Source of the DNA: Bilabrum cf. latius | Taxonomy: Eukaryota | Assembly: GCA_965178125.1 (NCBI GenBank) | Contig: OZ237738.1 | Coordinates: forward strand, 1,116,001 to 1,180,000 | Reading direction: 5' to 3' | Length of the DNA: 64,000 nt | Shown here: positions 51,701 through 61,282 of the stretch, piece by piece | Layout of the letters: every line of letters starts with the position of its first letter | How positions within the stretch are numbered: the first letter of the stretch is position 1 | Translations under genes and position numbers: made by a program | The notes under the pieces: model-generated | Seen by the model: the letters and a program-made list of their open reading frames with translations, nothing else | Database searches by the model: none | Told to the model about the DNA's origin: nothing

Positions 51701-52627
51701 AAGCTACCCATCCACATCGCTGCCGAGCAGGATGACGCTGACTCGATCGTCTGCCTGCTCAGGCACATGCCCTTCACCACTTCCCGCCTGATGATCAAGC
51801 ACGACCAGCACGGAGAAGAGTACAAGCAGTCGATGCAGCTGCACGGCTTCCGTCTGCGCGGTGACCAGCTGCTGCTGCACCGCCGCGCCCATCGCGCCAG
51901 AGAAGATGCCAAGAGGGTGTTCAGGGCCGCGGCAGAGGGCCGCCCGATGGAGCTCGAGAAGCGGTTGAAGTTCGGTGCACTGGCTGGCGGTCTGGAGATT
52001 CGTGGAGCACTTCATTGTGGCGTGGTGTCGCAGGTGCTGGAAGTGGTCGGTGCTGTGGGGCTCGATAGGGCTGACCCAGATGCTGCTGAGTGGAGCATGA
52101 GTGCAGACTACCGCACGGCCCTCACTGCTGGCGCTGACGCACCTATCGAGCCGCCTGCTGCGGGGCAGCTGACTATACCGAAGCCCGGTGCAACAAGTGA
52201 GCAGCACGGCAGTTCTTCGGCGAGCGCTATGTCAGAGCTAGCTACTATCTCCAACGCTACGTCGGCCGCGAGTGGCCTAACAAGCAGCTTCGGGCCGGCG
52301 ACAGTCCCGCGATACGTAGCTGTCACATGTGGTCCTTTTGCGGCTGCTATCCTTGGAGACCACCAAGACTGCCTCAAAGTGCTATGCGACGCGCTCTTGG
52401 ACTTGGCTGGACCGTCGGTCGGGTTGCAAAACCAGATTCTCAGTGAGCAGTTCGTTGCGATCCCGAGCGACGGCGCCCAGCGGGCTGCTATGGGTGCGCA
52501 GCTGCGTTTATTCGTGCTGGAGAAGGTGGCTCATTTTGGCAACAGTGAGGATATTGATCCGGCAATCATGGGTCGTCTAGCTACTGTGATGATTGAGCGG
52601 ATCGCGAAGCCTCAGGCGCGAAAGTAA
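48711..52627 (+). CDS. Ankyrin-repeat protein A, 11 exons
   Basis: Exons 48711-48842, 48952-49011, 49167-49265, 49368-49475, 49908-50180, 50310-50408, 50619-50723, 50901-51008, 51199-51318, 51429-51527, 51695-52627, all introns phase 0. Repeats HGDTPLHLAC, HGYTILHYAS, FGWTPLLLAC, EGRTPLQLAV. TAGs at 48774, 50079, 50931. Ends TAA, but the 3' end is uncertain. Confidence 0.8.
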
Positions 52628-52725
52628 GCTCCTGGAGAGCGGCACAGTCGGCGCGCCGGAGCAAGCGCTCGGGGAGCGACGGCCGCTCGTAGCGAATAGT
52701 GCCCAGCTTCTTCTGCCTAAAACCT

Positions 52726-52879
52726 GTGCCATACGGCTTGCCCCTTTCCAGCGAGACCGTGGAGACCCGTGCCCACTGGGCTGCCCCTGTCCAGCGAGAC
52801 CGTGGAGACCGTGCCCACTGGGGTGCTGCCCCTGTCCAGCGAGACCGTGGAGACCGTGCCCACTGGGGTACTGCCCCCC
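52726..52879 (+). repeat. About 3 imperfect tandem copies of a 42-45 bp unit (VPTGVLPLSSETVET-like coding potential)
   Basis: tccagcgagaccgtggagacc occurs three times, each followed by gtgcccactggg; the first copy has an extra C near 52768. Confidence 0.85.
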
Positions 52880-53388
52880 GATGAGGCCATCGCCAAGGAG
52901 AGCCAGTTGCCGTCAAAGAGCAGGCGCGCTTTCACCTTGGAGCGACGGGCATGATGAAGCGCATGGCATCACTGGGGAGTGTGGGGGTGGGTCACGGTGC
53001 GGGACCGGTTGGCACCGCCACCTCGAGAGTCATGCTCACAGGGAGACCCTGGACGGACCTGTTGGGTGCTGCGAGACGGGGCTGGCCCGAAATGTCGTGA
53101 TGCTATGGACTATGGTTGCGTACATTGTATGTAAAATAGAGTGCATCGGTGTGTAGAGGGCTCCAGCTGACGAACGTGACGAGAGTTCGTTGCAATCGTC
53201 ATCCCTGCTGTACTTGACCAGCACTTGTTTTTTCCACCTTCGCCAAAGCACGCTCATTCATAAAAATCAAAGCAGTAACAAACCTGTATATAGGTATCAT
53301 AGCAACTAGTGCTCTTTTCTCATACACTGAGCGAGAGGAATCGCAGAAAGTAGCGAGCATTCCAGCACCAGATCACCTTGGGTGAAGA

Positions 53389-56300
53389 ATGCCACAAATC
53401 ATCGACGCTCGGATTCTGGAAAGGCTCCGAACACATGAGCTCTCAACAGTGGAATGTCGAGAAATGTACGATATGGTGTTGGACGGGAGAATCAACTTTG
53501 ATGAGACGGTAGAGCTCGACCAGGTGAGTGCATGCACTGAAGCTGCAACTGCAACTGCACCCATTCATGGGAATAGCACCCAATTTCAACCAACTTGATT
53601 CCATTTCATGCGTGCAGCCAGACAAGAGGGTAGTTAAATCGTTTGTGCATGCTTGTGGCGCACACGGTATCCAACACAGTGTGAGACTAGAAATTCTGAG
53701 GCTACTGTTTGCGAGCAGAGTGTTGCGATACGGCCCGCCACTGATGCACCGTATGCTTGATATCGCAGGACGGCCAAACGATGCTACATATAGCAGCAGC
53801 AGTCAGCCAGATCACTCTTGTGGAAGCAGTCCTGGCCACGGGTGCAGATGCGAACTACAAGAGCACTGTGAGCAACCTGGTTGGATAGCACCCTTCGTGG
53901 CGATTGGAAGTCATTTAATTGGTAATTTTCTACTCGCATAAGGATATTATAATTGTATTATAGCCCTTTCGCACCCTGCAGGGAGGTGACACCCCTCTGC
54001 ATATTGCCCTCAGAGCCAACCAGAAGCACCCCTCTGCGTCATCGAGGGTCGTGAGCATGCTGCTAGGAGCTGGTGCCTCCCCTCTCGAGCCAAATGGTGT
54101 AAGCTACGAATAACTAAGCTTGCTATATATTTTTGTGCTTTGATAGCGGTGCATTACTTCGCTGGTGCCAGCTTGAAAATCGGTAGCCGGGATCGCTGTC
54201 CGTCCGCCCAATGGCTCGCTATCATCAAGACCTCTCTTGAGATGTCCCCTCTACATGCTAAGCCCCACCTTAGCAGCGTCATCGATTCCTGTGATTTCTT
54301 CTTCGCAGGCTGGCGAGACCCCTCTTGAGTTGGCAAACCGCATGCACCTCAGCGAGCTCGCTGCAATGCTCGAAACAATGGTGCATGAGCACCCACAAAA
54401 ATCCCGTACCGCTGCGAGTGCCTGGTCCGGGCCCTCCAACACCTCGGGAAAACCACCTTCCGGCTGGGGCCCAGGCCCAGGCTGGGGCCTAGACGACCGA
54501 GGTGCAACCGGTGATTCGCCTGCTCCACATGTTGAGAGCGCTGGCAAGCCAAAACAGACCATCCTGGAAGCGTATGCAGCTGGCGACACCGAAGTGGCTC
54601 GCAGCCTATTCAAAAACGAGGGTAGCATGCGGAAGCAAGTCAATGACTTGGGCCAAGTGAGTCTCATAGAACAATTAGCAGTTGGAATGAAGCTGGCTGC
54701 TTGGCGGACATGGTCAGGCGCACGAGAGCGACTCCGGGTCGTCGGTCGTCTACATCGAGCCGTTCCATCAACCACTATACATGCGCATGGCAAAGACTGT
54801 TCTATCCCGCAGTATGACTGGACACTCCTGCATTTCGCGGCTCGGGCTGGGCATGTTGAGGAAGCCGAGCAGCTGCTGTCGGCTGGGTGCGACGTCAATG
54901 CGCAGTCTGTGGTGAGCGACGTGGCTACATGTGCTGATGCAGTCTGTTGCACCGCACCCTTCTCTTAACGAGGCACAACTCCCTGTTGTCATCCGCCGTT
55001 GACTAGACCGAACATATATTACACTGTGGCACCTCCATTCGCCACATCGCAGTTCGGGGAGACTGCCCTGCTGGTGGCATGCTAGGCTTGGCAACGACGG
55101 CGGGACATGATCTGTCTCCTGCTCCAACACGGTGCAAATGCAGCTCTTGCAACATCCGTGAGGCGGTACTCGTTCTGTTGGCTGCACGTAGCTTCTCAAT
55201 AAACTTATGTGGTCGCGAAAAGTAACATTGCAGCATTCCAATCGCTCCGGTCTGCGTCCACGAATCCCTGCCATTCACCGCAGGCAGGCGTGCTCCCATT
55301 GCACTACGCCCACAAAATCATAAATGACGCTGGTGGTTGGTCCGATAACAAACCCACGGACAAGGACGGGGCATGCGTCGCGATGCTCATCGCTGCGGCT
55401 CCAGGGCTCCATCCCGACACAAAGGTGAGAGAAGGTGGCAACTGCCAGTGCCACTCGCCGATGAAAACATGTAAACGAGTGCTCATGATTTGCAAGCGAA
55501 GTGTGCTTGTCGTGAGGTGGTGTGACGGGTGCTCTTGTCTTGCTTTGCTGTCCTGAAAACTCGAACGCAGGATCCCGACGGTCTCACACCACTTCAGCTA
55601 TGCATTATGAACCACAACATGCCAGCCGTCCGGAGCCTCGTTAAGGCGGGTGCGCGATTGCGGGATGCAAATGGACAGCCAGTCAGGGCCGTGAGTCGAA
55701 GGTTTGCGCTGTGCACTGCAAGGCTAGGTTCGCAAGACTGGCCATTCGACCTTGTCGTTTCCCTCCCCCCCGACGGACCGGTCGTCGTCTCAAACAGGTA
55801 GCAATGCCCCACAATCAAGGCCTTATACCGCAGAATGGCACGACACTGATGCATTTTGCAGCCCGTCACAAGTGCATCAAGACCATTCAGCACCTGCTGG
55901 GAAACAAAGTACAATCGACAGCCTATGACGATGTGAGTAAGAGCCAGGTATGTGTAGCTCGGGCAAGCATCAGACCGTAGTTGATGGCACGGTTGCACGC
56001 GTGCATGCCCAGATCTCAATTTGCAGGACCAACGCCTACCCATCCACATCGCTGCCGAGTACAATGACGACAACTCGATCGTCTGCCTGCTCAGGCACAT
56101 GCCCTTCACCACATCCCGCCTGATGATCAAGCACGACGGGCACGCGGGGCGTATCAAGCAAGCAATGATGAAGAAAGACTTCCGTCTGCGCGGTGACCAG
56201 CTGCTGCTGCACCGCCGCGCCCATCGCGCCAGAGAAGATGCCAAGAGGGTGTTCAAGGCCGCGGCAGAGGGCCGCCCGATGGAGCTCGAGAAGCGGTTGA

Positions 56301-57838
56301 AGTTCGGTGCACTGGCTGGCGGTCTGGAGATTCGCGGGGCACTGCACGAAACACCTGAACTGCTACAGGAGCTATCCAAGGTGGTGTCAAGTTGGGAAAA
56401 GACAGTTATTGCGCGGGACAAGTCGTGCTGGTCGACAGACGAGTCCTCGGCGTGGTCGGGAGCAGAGCAAGCAGAGAAAAGTTCGATACGGCCTGCATTA
56501 ACAGCAACAGGTGATACCCCGGCGTGGCCTGCATCAAGCACACCAGATGCTGCCCCGGCGTGGCCCGCATCAAGCACACCAGATGCTGCCCCGGCGTGGC
56601 CCGCATCAACAGCAACAGGTGATACCCTGGCGTGGCCTGCATCAAGCACACCAGATGCTGCCCCGGCGTGGCCCGCATCAAGCACACCAGATGCTGCCCC
56701 GGCGTGGCCCGCATCAAGCACACCAGATGCTGCCCCGGCGTGGCCCGCATCAACACCAACAGGTGATACCCTGGCGTGGCCTGCATCAAGCACACCAGAT
56801 GCTGCCCCGGCGTGGCCCGCATCAAGCACACCAGATGCTGCCCCGGCGTGGCCCGCATCAACAGCAACAGGTGATACCCTGGCGTGGCCTGCATCAAGCA
56901 CACCAGATGCTGCCCCGGCGTGGCCTGCATCAACACCAACAGGTGATACCCCGGCGTGGCCTGCATCAAGCACACCAGATGCTGCCCCGGCGTGGCCTGC
57001 ATCAACACCAACAGATGCTGCCCTAGCGTGGCCAGGATCAAGCACACCAGATGCTGCCCCGGCGTGGCCCGCATCAACCACACCAGACTCAACCCCGGCT
57101 TTGCCCGCAGCATCGGCCAACGTAGCTGCACCAGAGATGGACGTCGTGTCATCTCCTGCGCGTGACTTGCCCGCAGGCGAGACCACCGAGTTGGAGCGAG
57201 ACCAGCCCAAGACCGAAACCACTGGCAGTGTACTACGAATCCTGCCTGATGCCAGCGGGGCAAACCCGATTGTCTGCGGCCCGATCATGGCAGCTGCTGT
57301 AGGTGGCCATGATGAGTGCATCCGAGTTATTTTGAACCATCTGCACAGAAGGCCTAACAAAAATGGGTGCGCAGTCGGGACCAACGCTATCGCGTAGTCT
57401 GCAATTCGAGTACACGCCGCGGTTGAGGCACAGGCACTCGAGTTGCCACCATCTCGATTGAGACACGACCAAGATTAGAGTATATCCTTGGAGGTGGTCA
57501 AAGTGACTCTCAGCGAGTTCCCAGTTCCCAAGGCATGCCCAAACAGCTGTCAGCACGGGAGGCGCCCGCTAGAGCAGATGGTTGAAATCGCTAAGTGGTA
57601 CTGCGCGGCACCAAGCCAAGTCTAGCCTCGCTTGAAGGAGTGGAGGCCAGAGCAACGGCGTTAGGGCGTGGTTCGTACTAGTAATGGGACTAGCCGACGA
57701 GAGACGACTTTTCGCGTTTGGCGAAGGAGGAAGACTGTACGTCAACAGAGACACAGACGCACTCTACGTCAGCAATCTGACGATGACACCGCCACCGGTG
57801 GTGAAATCTTCCGGATGCCATCAATGTCAGCGTATTGA
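53389..57838 (+). CDS. Ankyrin-repeat protein B, 11 exons, tandem paralog of A
   Basis: Exons 53389-53523, 53618-53680, 53769-53867, 53982-54098, 54309-54656, 54813-54911, 55053-55157, 55284-55424, 55571-55690, 55834-55932, 56027-57838. Exon-for-exon homologous to A. TAGs at 55083, 57395, 57476, 57623, 57662; ends TGA. Confidence 0.82.
56519..57094 (+). repeat. Coding minisatellite: 16 x 36 bp encoding PAWPASSTPDAA and variants
   Basis: Unit ccggcgtggccYgcatcaagcacaccagatgctgcc, with variants ending TATGDT or TPTGDT; lies in frame within the last exon of ankyrin gene B. Confidence 0.95.
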
Positions 57839-58015
57839 TATTGCTAGTACTAGAACTGGACAGGGAACAATATCTGATGGTCAAACTGCACCCTTGCATT
57901 TGTGTAGATCCGATCCGGATCCGGACGTGACAAAGGAACTAGACAAACAAACGTCTGTGCAACATCTGGATGCCTTAACACAGCCCGTACCCGTTGCCTG
58001 TGGTTGGCACCTCGA

Positions 58016-61000
58016 TTACTTCTTCGAAGCTTTCTTCACCTTCTTCTCCTTCTTGGATTTCTTTTCCTTCCTATCCTTCTTGTCCTTCTTTTCTTTTTTG
58101 CCACTGGGACCGCTACTAGGTTCGACGGCAGGAACTTGGCTGACACCGGCTGACGGCCCAATGCCATGGGTGAGTGCAAGTGCACCTGCCAATTCTGCTT
58201 CATCACCATCGCCATTGCTTCCGCCGGCACCTGCGACTCCTTCCTCTTCGACATCAGCTGAGCCGTTGCACACAGCAGAAAGAACCGCGTCCATCTCGCC
58301 CCGATGGCTCGTCCACAAGCTGCTAGCGCTAGCAACTACATCAGTGCTCGCTCCAGATACTGCTAGCAGATCAAGAGGAGGCGCATCCCACGCGCGGACC
58401 CGCCCCCCTTCCTCCGCTTCAACCAGCGGCCGTAGCGACCGAAGACCCTGCTCGTAGGCAGGCACCAGCGACTCCCACGCCCGAGGACTCGCGTCGATCC
58501 GCAGCATCGGCTTAGCTCCTCGCGCGATCGCCTCGTCTTGTTCCCTGGCACGACGGGCCATTCGGACCGCCCGCCTGGCATCTACCGCGGCTGCCCCGGC
58601 TGTCTCCTACTCATTGGCGCTGCTGCCCGCCGCCCGGTCGGCTGCCTCAGCTGCCGCCTCCTCAGCTTCGTCCACGTCCATGGCAGCACCATCGGCACTC
58701 CTGCCCACTGTGCTCAGCAGCACGTATTCGCCTGCCATGGCACGACCTCCGAGAAACCTCCTCATCTCCATGGCAGAGCACAAGGTCAGCGCCTCGCCGG
58801 CGCGGCGCGCCCTGGCGGTCCTACCCACCCGATGGACGTAGGCCTGCGCCGCGGCCGGCGGGTCGTACTGGATTACCGCGTCGAGCTTCGGCATGTCAAG
58901 ACCACGAGCGGCAGCGTCGGTGCACACTAGGACGGGACACGCAGCAAAGCCTGCCGCGGCCAGCCGCAGCAGCTTCTGTCTTGTTCCCTAGGGCATTCCC
59001 GACGAGTACTCGAAGACGGACTGCTCGGCACTACCCGAAGCACCTGGTGCGGACTTGTTAGCCGTTGCTTCACCCGTCTCTGCGGCGTCAGGATCCCAAT
59101 TCAGGCCGTCTTCTTCACTAATATCAGCCTCATCGGCGCTATCTTGCATATCAGCCTGTCCGCTGCTGCTGCTGCTCGGCCCACCCAGTGCCTTGCCTAC
59201 ATGTGTGCCTTCCATGGGGACTGCCGAACTATCGACGGCGGGACTCGCACGGGCAGGCGGGGGCACCTGCATGAGCTACAGCAGGCGAGTGAGACGATGT
59301 GCGCCATCCACAGACCCAGCAAAGACCAGCGCCTGCTTGCCCAGCTTCCACAGCCGAAGCAGCTCCAGGGCAAGCAGCAGCGGCTTCTCGGCCGCCTTGC
59401 ATACTGCCACGGACTCCCGCAGCTTCCTAGGAACCCGACTCAGCGTGGTGACAGTGCCAGCCGCCAGACCCGCACCAGAATCACCGTCCTGCATGTACGA
59501 AGGCGGGGGGACGACCATCACTTCGCCCACTCCCAGAGCGGCCATCCTCATCGGGTCGCTGGTCATCGTTGCGCTGCACAGGACCCTGATGAGTCCGGGT
59601 GGGCCCGCGGCTCGCTAGGCAGCGGCTTCTGCAGCGGATGAGGAAGCAGAAGAAGATGAAGAGGAGCCTGCGCCGCTGCTTGGGCCCCTGCTCCACCGCA
59701 TGTCATGGCCAAAGAGGCCAGCCGGCAGACCGAGAGAGGCCGCCTTGCCACCCACCCTCGAGGTGTCTGACCTGGCGTACCTGAACCCCGCCGCGTTGCT
59801 CGAACCACCGAGACCGAACACGCTCTCCTCGTCTGCACTGCCGTGCGATGCATGCTAGCAGCTCGCAGAGGCAGGCATTCTCCTGAGCGCTTCCCGAAGC
59901 CTGGCCAGCCAGCCCGTGCGGATTGACCCAGACGATCCTAGCAGCCTGTCGGCCTCGTCCAGCACGAGGAACTGGAGGTGCTCTAGCGTGAAACCAGGCG
60001 TTTCTTCCAGGTGGTCCACCAACCTGCCTGGGGTGCACACCAGAATGTCGGGAGGCGAGCCGGCGAACGGCACCAGCTCGCCCTCACCGTCCACCGCAGC
60101 ACCATCGTCCTGGCTGGACGGCTAGTCCCCTGCACTCGTCACGATTGGCCCTTCGATAAGCCCAAGAGCCAGCTAAGCAGCCACAGACACCCCCGCCAGC
60201 GACTCGGCACCGCCGGACTTGGCCAGCAGCGAACGTTCCTTGGCGAAGTCCGACTGCCCCACGGCAGCGGTGACCCGCAGGGACGTGCCCTTGCACAGAG
60301 TGCGGAACACGCGGTGCACCTGCACGGCCAGGTCTCTGGTGGGAAGTATGACGAGTGCCCTCAGCCTCGGCACAGTCCTGCCCAGCAGCCCCTGAACAAT
60401 CGGCAGCGCGAACGCGAGCGTCTTTCCGCTACCAGTGGGCGCGACCAGACAGAGGGTCCGAACGCCTGGGTCCATGGACCGATGCGCGTGCATGAGAGCG
60501 GGTACCCCATGGGACTGCACGGGGAACAAGGGCGCTTCCGCGATGAGTTCTGCGGCGTTGCGGCACACTCGCTCATGAAGGCCGAACTGCTTCAGGGCCT
60601 ATACCCCCGCCTTGACCTCTGAGAGGCGAGATACCATAGAGCGAGGAGTCGCGACTGATTCTGCGAGCTTTGGGAGTGCTGTGTACTTTCGGAGCGGCGT
60701 TAGCACCGAAGAGGCGAGCTGCGCTTGCTGCAACGCGGCGGCGGCGTAGTCGACAGTTGCCGACGCACCTCTGCCATCCTGGCCCAGGGCGCCTTGTTTA
60801 ATCAAACCGCGGCGAGTGGCCGCATTAAGATCAACGGATGTTCGAAGGGCGGAGCCGATCGCAGCAACAGCAGTGAGTGCTGCAGCGGACTCGATCGCAG
60901 CTCGCTTTTTCTGCGGTTCATCCTCGTCGGGCTCGGCGATGGCTCCCGCGGAGCGACTCCCAGCCGTTGAATCGCCTTCATCGATATCACTACGACCAAT

Positions 61001-61153
61001 TTCTGCTCGGGATCGTTTGCGGGCCGATACTTTGGCGGCAAGCTTGGACAGCAACGTAGACTGGGCCCCGGAGCCTTCGCCCTGGGGAGAAGCTACCTCG
61101 GGCTCCTGCTCCGACGCTGGAGTGTTTCCATCAAAACGATCAACTGAAAACAT
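58016..61153 (-). CDS. DDX51: DEAD-box RNA helicase DDX51/Dbp6, 1045 aa
   Basis: ATG 61153 (MFSVDRFDG) to TAA 58016. Motifs [59 protein letters not shown] in order across 8 in-frame TAGs (60599, 60173, 60122, 59855, 59615, 59276, 58988, 58607). Lys-rich KKE/D tail. Confidence 0.95.
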
Positions 61154-61282
61154 AGTTGGCGACAGTGACTCGCCAAATTGTCTGTAAAATGAGCACACAA
61201 AATGTTCCTTCGGTCGGAAGTACCGAACGTTCGGAAGTGGTTCGCTAGAATTGATTGCCTGCGGCCACCTGTCATATTTGGC
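61154..61282. promoter_or_regulatory. Probable bidirectional promoter (DDX51 / TTC12)
   Basis: 129 bp between divergent ATGs; contains the palindrome CCGAACGTTCGG (61223-61234) and two TCGGAAGT copies. Confidence 0.5.

Noticed and set aside
56519-57094. CRISPR array (36-bp repeats)
   Set aside because: Units are directly adjacent with no unique spacers, lie in a coding frame of a eukaryotic gene, and there are no cas genes.
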